Assembly (NCBI GenBank): GCA_963765765.1
Contig: CAVXYC010000032.1
Span: 256,001-320,000 of the forward strand
DNA from: an uncultured Chloroflexia bacterium
Lineage (GTDB): Bacteria > Chloroflexota > UBA6077 > JACCZL01
Length of the DNA stretch: 64,000 bases
Direction of reading: 5' to 3'
A program made the translations under genes and the position numbers. This document shows, piece after piece, positions 34,258 to 44,064 of this stretch (its first letter is position 1; every line of letters begins with the position of its first letter). The notes under the pieces are model-generated. The model saw only the letters and a program-made list of their open reading frames with translations. It did no database searches and was not told where the DNA came from.

Positions 34258-34399
34258 TGGACCGTCACGCGTGGATTGACGGACAGAGCCTCTTCAATGT
34301 GATGCGCGCACCTTGGCGCGGCACTGACGCCATACCTCGGGCACTGACCCGCTCAATACGACCTGCCTAATGAGCACCCCGATGTGGCTCAGGGCATGG

Positions 34400-34428
34400 T
34401 TGACCCGCATCCGGTGGGACAGTATCCT
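34400..34428 (+). promoter_or_regulatory. Sigma70-type promoter
   Basis: TTGACC-N17-TATCCT upstream of ATG 34501. Confidence 0.55.
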
Positions 34429-34500
34429 GGTGCTCGGCAGGATGGTCGACGGACTGCACGCCATTCTGCCGAGCGGAATCTCGTTCTCTGGAGAGGGTCG

Positions 34501-34815
34501 ATGAGACGAACGCTTGGAACACTGACCATCGCCGGCACGCTGCTCGTGGCCAGCGCGATTGCGCCCGCGGCCGGCCCCGTCGCCGCCCAGACGATCCCGC
34601 CGCCGCCGCCAGAAGCCCGGGAGTATTGTGAGCGGACCGGTAACGTCTTCGGCGCGTTCGAGTCGCTCAACGAGTGCGTAAGCGCCGTGGTCACGTTGTA
34701 CAACCAAGGCTTTTCCGAGGGCGTCGGTACGTGTAAGTTCCTCCGGTCGCAGCTCGACCTGACCAAGGAGCAATACGGCCGCTGTGTCCGCAAGGAGCAA
34801 GCGGGCCAGATCTAA
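34501..34815 (+). CDS. Small secreted protein with four Cys
   Basis: GGAG RBS; signal peptide MRRTLGTLTIAGTLLVAS...VAA; paired Cys motifs (NECV, GRCV). Confidence 0.7.
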   Translation: MRRTLGTLTIAGTLLVASAIAPAAGPVAAQTIPPPPPEAREYCERTGNVFGAFESLNECVSAVVTLYNQGFSEGVGTCKFLRSQLDLTKEQYGRCVRKEQAGQI

Positions 34816-34945
34816 CCGCGCTACTGCACCGGGCAGGCCGGGCCCGCGGCGTCTGCGCCCGACAGAGTTCACAGAAATTGCGTATGTGCCGTGATTCCGA
34901 GTGGGCCGGCCGCGACCTCCGTAACTCCGCCGGACTACCCATACG

Positions 34946-34979
34946 GCCTCCGACGACGACCTCTGTCGGGGGCTCTTTC
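34946..34979 (+). terminator. Intrinsic terminator-like hairpin
   Basis: GCCTCCGAC-loop-GTCGGGGGC followed by TCTTTC. Confidence 0.55.
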
Positions 34980-35097
34980 ATGCCCGGTGGTGAGATGCCG
35001 GGTTCTGCGCGACGATACGCGGCGGAACGGATGCTGGTTCCCCGGCCCGTCACCGCGCGAGCCCTCGTTTGCTAACCCTACCGGGGGCTTCGCTCTG
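34962..35097 (+). repeat. ~136-bp structured repeat, copy A (candidate sRNA unit)
   Basis: Colinear with 36892-37028; shared blocks tcgggggctctt, gcgacgat, gccctcg, tgctaaccc, accgggggcttcgctctg. Confidence 0.8.
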
Positions 35098-35264
35098 TCC
35101 CAACCCAAGCCTGAAGGTCTCCGGGACCGGTGATCCTCAGCCGAGCCCGCACATGCCCAGAATCGCGTCCACGTGCGTCTGCTGATAGGTGGATTTCTGC
35201 TCCGGTCTCTTGACCGTCGTATACTACGGCACCGGCGGGTGGACGCCCCGATGGAGGTACGAGT

Positions 35265-35552
35265 ATGGCGTACGGAATCGTGCATCACTTCCCTGGCGGG
35301 ACGAAGGACCAGTACGAGGCGACACTCGCGGCAGTGCACCCCGGCCGGGACCGCCTCCCCGAGGGTCAGATCTTCCACGCGGCGGGCGCGTCGGCGGGCG
35401 GCTGGACGATCGTTGCCATCCACGAGTCGAAGGAGAGCTGGGAGCGGTTCCGCGACAGCACCCTGATGCCCCGTCTCCAACAGGGCGTCAGCGGCGGCTT
35501 TTCCGGGCCACCCCAGGAGACCGCCTTCGAGGTCCACAACCAGCAGCCGTAA
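35265..35552 (+). CDS. Conserved-looking small hypothetical protein (dimeric alpha/beta-barrel-like)
   Basis: GGAGG RBS; MAYGIVHHFPGGTKDQYEA...HESKESWERFRD; typical GC3 bias. Confidence 0.8.
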   Translation: MAYGIVHHFPGGTKDQYEATLAAVHPGRDRLPEGQIFHAAGASAGGWTIVAIHESKESWERFRDSTLMPRLQQGVSGGFSGPPQETAFEVHNQQP

Positions 35553-36003
35553 TCGCCTGCCTCGGGCCAGAGGCATGCTCATCATGCCGTGAGCGGCAAT
35601 TTCATTATGTTGTCGTGCTTCGAAAGCGTGCTGTAGCTGCTGTGAACTCTGCTTCATCGATGGATGCGACCGGCCAAAGAAGACTCGTGGTGGGTGCGCC
35701 GCACACTACGGCCGATGGCGGAGGCGAGGTTCGACCACCGATCCTCCGTCCCCGTACGCCCCAACATGCTCCGTTCAGGGATGATGGAGCGAGGCTTCCT
35801 GGCGCCGAGGCTCGGTCGATTCCTCACTCGTTGAAAAGAGTGAGGAGGATGTTGCTTCCTCGACGCCGCTCGGGCCTTTGTTGAGTCGTTCTCGCTCGCT
35901 GTCGAGCCTGTTACAGCGCCACTCAATGCCTCGGTTTCCTAGTGGAACGGCTCGGGCAGCTCAATGCTTTCACCCCCCATTTTCCCCTCTGAGTTAGGTC
36001 GCT

Positions 36004-36861
36004 ATGCCCCTTGCGTTCTCACCCGATATCCTGCTGCCCTCCGCCGAATTGAAACCCGTGCCGGTATCGCCACGCGCGTGGGAAGAGCTGGCCATCTCCG
36101 ATGCGGGCAAACAGTTTGTGGACCACAAGATTGTCCTGCCTCTCCAGCGATCCGAGCTCGCAGGCAAGCATGGTCTTGCCCCGCCTCGGGCTGTTTTACT
36201 TTTCGGACCGCCCGGCACGGGCAAGAGTCAGCTCCCGCGGGCGATCGCATCCCGCTTAGGATGGAGTTTGATCGAGGCGGATTTGAGCACAGTCGTACAG
36301 GATCCGGTTCGGCTGGCTGATCTCTTTCGTGAATCCTTTCAACGCGAGGGTGTGGTGGTGTTTTTTGATGAGTTCGAACACCTCGGCTTACGTCGGGCGC
36401 CCGAACGGACAGACACGCGAGTCCTCACCAACGAGTTCCTGAAATCCGTGGACGCGCTCAGGGCCGATGGTCAGCTCCTCCTCGTCTGCGCAACGAATCA
36501 TGTCGCGTTGCTCGATCCGGCCCTTCTCCGGCAGGGGCGGTTTGATTTCATCGTCCCGGTAGGTCCCCCGGACGGAGCGACTCGACAGCAACTTCTCCAA
36601 AGTCGCGTCCGCCGCAGCGATGGTGCACGGGTCGACGTGGATCGAGTCGCGGCAGCGACCGATGGACTGACTGCGGCGGATATTACGGAGCTCTGGCAGC
36701 GTGCTGCCCAGCAGGCATTTGAGCGGGAGTTGTTTACTGGCCGTCCAACGCGCGTCGGGACCGATGATCTGCTTGTCTCCAGCGAAAACCTTCGACCGAC
36801 GCTGAGTGACGAGGATCGCGCGGCATTCGAGCGTGACGTTCGAGCGTTTGCCCGGCTGTAG
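36004..36861 (+). CDS. Single-domain AAA+ ATPase
   Basis: Walker A GPPGTGKS, Walker B FFDE, SRH ATN...LDPALLRQGRFD. Confidence 0.92.
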   Translation: MPLAFSPDILLPSAELKPVPVSPRAWEELAISDAGKQFVDHKIVLPLQRSELAGKHGLAPPRAVLLFGPPGTGKSQLPRAIASRLGWSLIEADLSTVVQDPVRLADLFRESFQREGVVVFFDEFEHLGLRRAPERTDTRVLTNEFLKSVDALRADGQLLLVCATNHVALLDPALLRQGRFDFIVPVGPPDGATRQQLLQSRVRRSDGARVDVDRVAAATDGLTAADITELWQRAAQQAFERELFTGRPTRVGTDDLLVSSENLRPTLSDEDRAAFERDVRAFARL

Positions 36862-36891
36862 ATTCTCGAGCATTCATTCATTGCTGCTACA

Positions 36892-37028
36892 TCTTTCGGG
36901 GGCTCTTCAATGCCTATTGACGGGTGCCGGTTTCCGTGCGACGATGCGCACGGACCGAGGTCTACAGGCCCCGGTCCATCACCCCGCGAAGCCCTCGGCC
37001 GTGCTAACCCACCGGGGGCTTCGCTCTG
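36892..37028 (+). repeat. ~137-bp structured repeat, copy B (candidate promoter plus two-hairpin sRNA)
   Basis: TTGACG-N17-GACGAT at 36917-36945; hairpins at 36952-36977 and 36986-37024 (13-bp stem). Confidence 0.8.
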
Positions 37029-37640
37029 GGAATCGCAGGTGCTGTACCACGTCCGCTCGGGCGCGGGCTGTAGTGCCGCTGTGGGCGTCTCCGAGCGGAT
37101 CACGCCGAGGCGACCGGCAGAATCGCTGGCATGCGGTTGTGGATGGCTTCATGAGCTCGTTGGGCTGGGCGTAGCACTCCGCCACGAGCGGAAGATGTGC
37201 AATTCCACCGAGTCGCACGGCCTCGGAGCGGAGCTATCCTGTCGGACACTCCTTCCGAGCGGTGCTTTTCGGATGGAGCGCTGAGCAAACCAGGGGATAC
37301 GGAACGCACGGATCACTTGAGTCGCTCAGCCCACACGTGCCGATGCTCCGGGGAAAGAGAGATACCCGGAGCATCGCAATCCAACCCGCCACGCGAGAAG
37401 CGGCCTAGGGGGCGCCCCTAATGGCCCTGGAGTAGCTTTCTGAGCACGCCGCGCATCTCGTTTGCATCCCTGATGCGGACCCACAAGGGGCCAGCGCAGA
37501 GGAGCGCCTAGCTCTCGCTCCTCTGCGCTACCTGTCTGAAGGCAGTCCGGACGTCCCTTGCCATAGCGAAATAGGGCACAATCGCTCAGATTTTACGCTA
37601 CAGCGCTCTGGTGAGGAATGGCGACATAGGCTAGTTGGCC

Positions 37641-37669
37641 TTTACAGACCGAGGCGAGAGGCCTATTAT
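37641..37669 (+). promoter_or_regulatory. Sigma70-type promoter with no obvious downstream CDS
   Basis: TTTACA-N17-TATTAT. Confidence 0.5.
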
Positions 37670-37838
37670 GGGCGACCGGCACGAGGACTGCCGATACTTT
37701 GATGGGTAGAGCGGTTCTTATCGTTCATTGAAAGTTGACAGAATAACTTGCTCAGAACGTAGCGCCGTGGCGTATGGCGGGCGCACCATGCCGATGACAT
37801 CAGCGCCGCCGAGGTCCACTAGCTCCAGTGCCTGGATC

Positions 37839-38171
37839 TCACGCGACTGCGGCGCCTGGTGGACCTGAGCGAGAACGGCGTTCTGAGCTGGACACCGGCT
37901 GAGCGGCGGCTCCTGGGGCACGTGCCAATGGCGTAGGTACATTCTCCAACAGTCGCTCGGCCACGTACCGGTGCGGCAGGTGCAACGCCGCGGCGATGCG
38001 GGCGATCCGAATCGCATTGAGCGCCGAGCGCTCGGTCTCCCAGAGGTACCACGCCTGTATCGCGATGCCGAGATCCTAAGCGATATCCTCCACCGTCCGC
38101 TCGCTCTCGATTCGCAAGCTCTTCAGTTGGGCACCCATCTGCTGTGAACGCGGCGTGATCATCCTCAGCAT
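37839..38171 (-). pseudogene. XRE/Cro-CI family HTH protein with in-frame TAG at 38076-38078
   Basis: GGAGG RBS; MGAQLKSLRIESERTVEDIA*DLGIAIQAWYLWETERSALNAIRIARIAAALH. Confidence 0.75.
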
Positions 38172-38691
38172 CCGCCCTCCCTGGACTTGACCGGAATGGC
38201 GGGGCGACCTATCGTGGGTTCCCATACCGCCGCTGCCCTTCCGTCGTCCGACACGCCACGAACTGCAATACTTGTACCTGGCCCGACTGCGGCGTCTGGT
38301 AGAGCTGCGGCGCTCCTGGGATCCGTCCTGGACGCTGGCCGACTGGCGCCTGGTCAGGCACGCAGTCAACCCAACAGTCCAGGATTGGGAGCGGGCCGGC
38401 CTGTGCACTGTGGCGGCCACCCTGCACCGAGTGTGAGATGCGACGGAGGCGATTCTGTCTTTATCCGGGGCCACTTGTGCTCGCAGCACCGCTCGCGGTT
38501 CTCGGCCGTGTCCCGGATCACCCGACCGTAGCGGCCACCAGCCGTTGTGACGCTCCCGTGATCCCCACCCGCTGGACCGTGGGGTACGACTGTAGGACAC
38601 TCCGACTATCTCCCCGGTGATGCCATCGGGGGGTTGCGGGTACGGCCGGTACGGGCAGCTCCGGGTGCGCGAGACGGCCTGCACGAGCGTT

Positions 38692-38730
38692 GACGAGCCC
38701 CGGAGATTCGAAGCATCTCCGGGGCTCGTC
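38692..38730. terminator. Perfect 16-bp hairpin downstream of ORF 38749-39006
   Basis: GACGAGCCCCGGAGAT-tcgaagc-ATCTCCGGGGCTCGTC; no clear U-tract. Confidence 0.55.
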
Positions 38731-38748
38731 GATCATTCCGAGCTGCAC

Positions 38749-39006
38749 TCACGTCATGTCGTTCCACTTGAGGCGACCGGGGATGTAGTGCTCCGCCACT
38801 TCGGGCGCCCAGTCGCACTCGCAGCGGTCAAGCGTTGCGTCCGGTTCCTGCAACCAGAACCGGAACCCACGGGCACCCTGGTGCCGCGCCGGCCGGACGT
38901 GGTTGTGCACGAGGACCTGCCCATCCGTCACACCGCGGGGGATCTCCCGCGGATAGGTCAAACCGAAGAGATGCAGCGCCGTCTTCTCCGCGTCATCACC
39001 CATCAT
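38749..39006 (-). CDS. Small hypothetical protein with a His/Cys motif (HNH...CEC...H)
   Basis: GGAGG before ATG; VLVHNHVRP...GFRFWLQ...CECDWAPEVAEHY; hairpin follows. Confidence 0.6.
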   Translation of the reverse strand: MMGDDAEKTALHLFGLTYPREIPRGVTDGQVLVHNHVRPARHQGARGFRFWLQEPDATLDRCECDWAPEVAEHYIPGRLKWNDMT

Positions 39007-39234
39007 GCCTCCCATCCGCACCATACTCTTACCAGATGTCTGAGCAACAGGACGGCAGGCTGGATACCTGAAACGACGCGCGTGCGCCGAAGTTCAGACG
39101 CAGTTCGGACAGATCGCGCGCGCGTAGATCGGCCGATTCAACCAGACTACACGCGTGCGCGTAAGTTCGCACATTGTTCGCGGTCCGGGGGCGCTACACG
39201 AGTTCCTGGAACACCTCGTCCGGCCCGATCCCCG

Positions 39235-39490
39235 TCACTCGCTCCAGAACCGCCACCAGGGCCGCTGCTGAGCGCGCGCCAGCTGCTCGCGGAGCTTCTC
39301 AATCTGAATCTGTAAGGTGTCTCGCTCCACGCGGAGCTCCCCGATGAGGTCGTCTCGTGCGTCCAGCAACTCGTCTTTCGCCGCGAGGAGCTGACGATGA
39401 TGCTCACGGAGCCGTTCGAGTTCCCGCTCGTGAGCATCGGCCTGGTGGTGGAGGAGAACGAGTACCGTGTTGGGCTCTGTTTGGGGTGTA
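39235..39490 (-). pseudogene. C-terminal fragment of a coiled-coil protein ending in RPWWRFW
   Basis: Manual translation HERELERLREHHRQLLAAKDELLDARDDLIGELRVERD...QQRPWWRFWSE*; no start codon. Confidence 0.65.
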
Positions 39491-39500
39491 CCCCGTTCTG

Positions 39501-39941
39501 TCAGGCGTTCAGACGGGGGACAACCGTCGTCATCACCGCCACGGTCCGCCCCGGTTCAGGAGCTGGCCGCCTAGCCGCCCAGAACAACAGAAGGGGCACC
39601 GCAAAGGCCAGATTTGGGATGCCGGTGTACCTGGAGACCCCAATAGCCACGGCGCCTCCAGAGAAAATCAGCCCCAGCCATATCACCGTTTCAACAGCAA
39701 TACCTGCCCATCTTCTCCACCTTCGGTCTCCTGGCCTACTTACCCGCCCCGTCACCCAAATCTTCCCCGGCCAGAGACGATTAAAGATGGCAAGCTGGGC
39801 AATCCACACGAACGGCTGCAACATCATCATCAGCATCAACGCGTCCAGGGATTGCAGCATGATGATCCCTGGAATCAGCGTGACCGCCAGGGCGACACCG
39901 ATCCTAACGAGGTTCGCTACCCTCAGGTGTCTAGACATCAA
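39501..39941 (-). CDS. Hypothetical membrane protein
   Basis: About four hydrophobic segments; GAGG-rich RBS upstream. Confidence 0.5.
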   Translation of the reverse strand: MMSRHLRVANLVRIGVALAVTLIPGIIMLQSLDALMLMMMLQPFVWIAQLAIFNRLWPGKIWVTGRVSRPGDRRWRRWAGIAVETVIWLGLIFSGGAVAIGVSRYTGIPNLAFAVPLLLFWAARRPAPEPGRTVAVMTTVVPRLNA

Positions 39942-40236
39942 CCGCCATCACCCCCCTCACCAAGGCGCGATGAAACACTGTCATCCGCACCTGCTCAACC
40001 CACCCCATCCAGCGATGGCGTCGCGGGATGCTGTAACGAGCGAACGGATGCAGACGCGTCCGCGCGCATCGTTTCATGTCCCCGCGAGTCGGTTCCTGTA
40101 GCCCATTCTCAGAAGGCTTCGTTTCGATAATCCGCACAGCTGACTGTCAAGGTGGTTCCGTACCGGGGGCCAGGCGGATCGAGACGACGATGGGCAATCC
40201 GAATCAGAGTTATTGCGGTCCGTTTGTGGAGTCGAA

Positions 40237-40452
40237 CTACCCGTGCCGCCGCCGTTCGACAACTCTGGTGAGCGAGGTGACCAACCCGTCTAGTTCGAGC
40301 GGCTTCCGCACCACCGCGGCTGCCCCCACCGTTGAAGCCGCTCGGTGGTGCTGGGCATCGCGTGCGGTGAGGACGATTGGAATCGCCGATGTACGCGTGA
40401 CCTCCGCTACCAGGCCACGACCATCCATAGGCTCCCCCATTCTAGGAACCAC
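40237..40452 (-). pseudogene. Degenerate response regulator receiver fragment
   Basis: PMDGRGLV...IPIVLTA...GAAAVVRKPLELDGL. Confidence 0.6.
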
Positions 40453-41334
40453 ATCATCCGATAATCCGCCTTCCCAGACAACCGCGCGCCCCGTTTAATC
40501 TCACTTCCCCAGTTTTACCGTCCAGATAATTGCCCGTTGACAGGGTTATAGGACTATGTTTTGCTGGTCCTGCTGTCGTTGAACATCCGTTGGAGGGATG
40601 TCATCCCGAATGCACCAGCCACGGATTGAGGCAGCACCCTATGACGACATCACCCATATCATCGCGAGCCCGACCCGGGAAGAGGCCCTAGAGCGCTTCC
40701 ACCAGGAGCTCGTCGCGCACAACCGCAGTCCGGGGTGGGGCTGCTGCGATCCCGAGCGATAACCCCGCGGAGTGCATGCGTTCAACTGCCAGACGCCTCA
40801 CCCCTCACGCCGCTCGGAGGGAAAACGTGAAGCTGAAGGGGAGTGACCCGCTCCGCGCCTCATTGCTATTGCTGGCGTAATAGTCATCCCGATGCATATT
40901 GCCCGGTAAATGAAAAACGTGCCTCGAGTCTCCCGTTCCAAGTGACAGTGGCGTTCTAACAACGGCGACTCCTGCAGGCAGAGCGGCACAGCAGGCAAGC
41001 GAGCGTCTGGATTGTCGGTCAAAATCACCCTCGTCCTCGCCCTTTGCTCCCGATCAACTCGTCGCTGCCGACAATGTCGAGTTGCGCCGACCTGGACGGT
41101 CTGGCTCGTGAACGATTCGACAGTCCGCAATCGCCAACCGTCCGCTGAGCCGACTGTAGCGTTGCTGCGCACCCAGCGTGGCATCGTCCAACCAGGAGTC
41201 GTGCCTGTACGCTTACCATTGAGCATGCACCTGAGGACAACATGTGTACCTGAGTGATCCGGTTGAGGCACTGAGAAACGTCATATCAGTCCGATTGGCG
41301 CACTCCAATCCGACAGCGTGGCGATTGTCACGGC

Positions 41335-42831
41335 ATGCCTGACCTCACACCTAGCGACGTGCTCCTCACCGGGGCGGCGGGTTTCGTCGGGAGCCGGCTT
41401 TGGCCCGCACTGAATGCCGCCGGACTGCGAGTGCGCTGTGTGAGTCGGGACGCCGATCGTGCGAGCCAGCGCTGGCCAGATCGGCAGTGGGTGCAGGCTG
41501 ACCTGGCGGAGCCTGGCGACCTGAGGCGCGCGCTCGACGGCTGCCGCGTCGCGTACTACCTCGTCCATGGGCTGGCCGAACAGCAGCGTGACTTCCGATC
41601 TCGCGAGGTCGCGCTCGCTCAAGCGTTTTCCGACGCGGCCGCCCGTGCGGGACTTGAGCGAGTTATCTACCTTGGCGGCGTGGCCCCCCAGGGGCCACCG
41701 TCCGAGCACCTGCGCAGCCGGCTAGAGGTCGGCGAAGCGCTCCGTGCTGGGATCGTGCCAACCATCGAGTTGCGCGCCGGGATGATCGTCGGTGCAGGTA
41801 GCACCTCGTGGCTCATCGTCCGGGATTTAGCCGCGCGCTTGCCCGCGATGGTCCTGCCACGCTGGATGCAGACGCGCTCGCAGCCAGTCGCGGTCGACGA
41901 TGTAGTCGTGGCTCTGGTGGAAGCTGGCCGCGTGCCACTGCAAGCGAGTGCCTGGTACGACCTCCCGGGACCCGAGGTAGTCACTGGCCGGGAGATCCTT
42001 GAGCGGACGGCTGAGGCCCTGGGGCTGCGCCGGCCGTTCATTCTCGCTGTGCCACTCCTGAGTCCGTCGTTGTCCTCCCATTGGGTTCGGCTGGTTACCC
42101 GTGCCAACTGGTCGGTCGCACGGGAGCTGGTGTCGGGCCTCGCCTACGACTTGGTCGCGCAGGACGCACGCTACTGGGATCTCATCGGTCACGAGCAACT
42201 CTTGTCGTTCGGCGAGGCCGCCCGGCGGGCTCTCACCGAGGACCGGGCAGAGCGCCCGATGAACGGTTTCGAGCGGGCAGTCGAGTGTGCCGTCGGTCGT
42301 CTCGGGAACGCTGACCTCGGGAAACAAGGATCTTGGTTGACTACCAATGGTGTCCACTCGGTCCAGGGGTCGAGTTGCCGCTGGATCTCGACGTCATTCG
42401 AGCACTGGGGGCAGCCTGCGATGCTGCGCCGGTTGCTGGACGCTTACTTTCGGCTCGCGGAACGGAGCAGTGGCGGATTGATGCGGACACGATGGGCGCC
42501 CGACGGGCACACCGTCGCCCTTCGGGGGCTGGGGCTGCCACTGATCGTCATGGGGCCACCAACGGTAGCATGCGATAGCGTGCGACGGTCCATCAGCGTG
42601 CCCGTAACGGGTGGATTAGTGGCCGCACCTGGAGGTTCGGCTTGGCTGGCAATCGTCCTGACCCGCCACGGCACGAACGTGCGGCTCAGCGTCGAGCTTA
42701 GCGGTTACCAACCACGGGGCGCACACATCTGGCTCGTTCCGTGGATCTACCGGCTGCAGGCCAGGCTTCATGACCGCGTGGGTCAGCGGTTCGTGCGACG
42801 CTGCGCGCGAGCCTGGGATAGTCCGTCGTGA
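41335..42831 (+). CDS. NAD(P)H-binding atypical SDR (YbjT-like) with C-terminal extension
   Basis: TGAAGFVG, YYLVHG, SEHLRSRLEV, QPVAVDDVV; C-domain VHSVQ...GGLV...WIYRLQARLH. Confidence 0.88.
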   Translation: MPDLTPSDVLLTGAAGFVGSRLWPALNAAGLRVRCVSRDADRASQRWPDRQWVQADLAEPGDLRRALDGCRVAYYLVHGLAEQQRDFRSREVALAQAFSDAAARAGLERVIYLGGVAPQGPPSEHLRSRLEVGEALRAGIVPTIELRAGMIVGAGSTSWLIVRDLAARLPAMVLPRWMQTRSQPVAVDDVVVALVEAGRVPLQASAWYDLPGPEVVTGREILERTAEALGLRRPFILAVPLLSPSLSSHWVRLVTRANWSVARELVSGLAYDLVAQDARYWDLIGHEQLLSFGEAARRALTEDRAERPMNGFERAVECAVGRLGNADLGKQGSWLTTNGVHSVQGSSCRWISTSFEHWGQPAMLRRLLDAYFRLAERSSGGLMRTRWAPDGHTVALRGLGLPLIVMGPPTVACDSVRRSISVPVTGGLVAAPGGSAWLAIVLTRHGTNVRLSVELSGYQPRGAHIWLVPWIYRLQARLHDRVGQRFVRRCARAWDSPS

Positions 42832-42989
42832 TTCATGCCCGCGCTCGACGACGCCGGCGGTGATAGCGGGACGGCGCGGGTCGTAAAGCAGCAAGCCGTT
42901 CACGGGCTTCCCCTCTGCCGATGCAAGTGCCCGTTAATTGAAAAGGGTTGTGTATGTCTCCCATTCGGGGTACCGTGGCGTTGGCCTAA

Positions 42990-43260
42990 GCCGCCTAGTC
43001 CCAGTGGACCTTGTATACCCGCTGTCGTCCGGGTAAGCTTTTGAGCTGCTTGCGCCCGGCATCACGAGTTCCACCCCCGGACAGCGATCCCACGAGGGTG
43101 CGGAGCATCTCCAGACCAGAATCTGCCCACCCTCGGCCTTCTCAGCGATCCGCGCGGCAGTGATCACACTGGTTCCGTAGAAATCCTCTCCCTCACGGAT
43201 CGCCTCGCCGGTGTGCAGGCCAATACGGACGCACAGGCCGTGCTCTGCGAGCTTACGATC
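42990..43260 (-). pseudogene. Class III adenylate/guanylate cyclase C-terminal fragment
   Basis: VRIGLHTGE...DFYGTSVITAARIAEKAEGGQILV; N-terminal half absent; limits approximate. Confidence 0.75.
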
Positions 43261-43276
43261 GGCGGCAAGAGGCCAA

Positions 43277-43551
43277 ATGGATGTGTCTGAGTATGCCGAG
43301 CGTCTGAAGGATGAGAACGCCTTTCTCCGCGTCTCGTCGAGCGCCGGCACGCCGAAGTGCTCCGGCTCCATCAGACCCTGGCTGAGTCTCCGTACCCTAC
43401 CGGCGGCCGGGAAGCGGGCCTCAGCAGCCACCACGGCGTCGCCGATAGCGAGTGCGGGGGATGGTTCGGTGTCCTGGTCGGGGTGGCCGTCTGGGTCGGG
43501 GTGCGTCGGTCACGGAAGTCGGAGCAGCGCCCCTCGTGGAGGGGCTGGTAG
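43277..43551 (+). pseudogene. Coiled-coil fragment ending in RPSWRGW
   Basis: EYAERLKDENAFLR/LVERRHAEVLRLHQTLAE...EQRPSWRGW*, frameshifted. Confidence 0.45.
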
Positions 43552-43778
43552 GACTGACCGGGGCCGCAGCCCCCCACGCCCCGGTGGGCGGTGAAAACCT
43601 TCGGGGGATTTTCCCGGAAGCGGTCAGGCATTCAAGAGCTCAGGAGCAGATGGAGCGGGCCATCCTCTTTACCGCTGCCGCCAGAGGATCACCCCGTCCC
43701 GCGCAGTCAGTCCCATGGTCAGCAGCCTGGCGATGGGCGGTCACACGGAACAAACGGACCCAAGAATTCGTCTCACAC

Positions 43779-44040
43779 AGTGGAGGCACTGATGGAGACC
43801 ATCCGGGTGCTCAATAACCGGCTCGAGACGGCGCAACGACACGCAGAGCCGTGGCAGAATGAACGATCGTGGTATCAGCGGGAGCTGGCCCACGCCGGCG
43901 CACTCCCGGCAGCGGTGCAGGAGGCCTTGGCGGAGCAGGGCACGTCCGTTGATGCGACCCCCGCACCGGGTGTGCGGAGTCCGCGGCAAGCACCGCGAGA
44001 GTCCCCGCGCCCCTGGTGGCGCCGCGTGCTGGGCCACTAG
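43779..44040 (+). pseudogene. Coiled-coil fragment ending in RPWWRRVLG
   Basis: EALMETIRVLNNRLE...ALPAA...RPWWRRVLGH*; no N-terminal HTH seen. Confidence 0.55.
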
Positions 44041-44064
44041 GCGTCAACACCGGCACTCCACTAC

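Noticed and set aside
41335-42831. SDR C-terminal extension as an artefactual fusion or a novel system
   Set aside because: The frame is continuous and the extension resembles C-terminal domains of known ~480-500-aa YbjT-like proteins.
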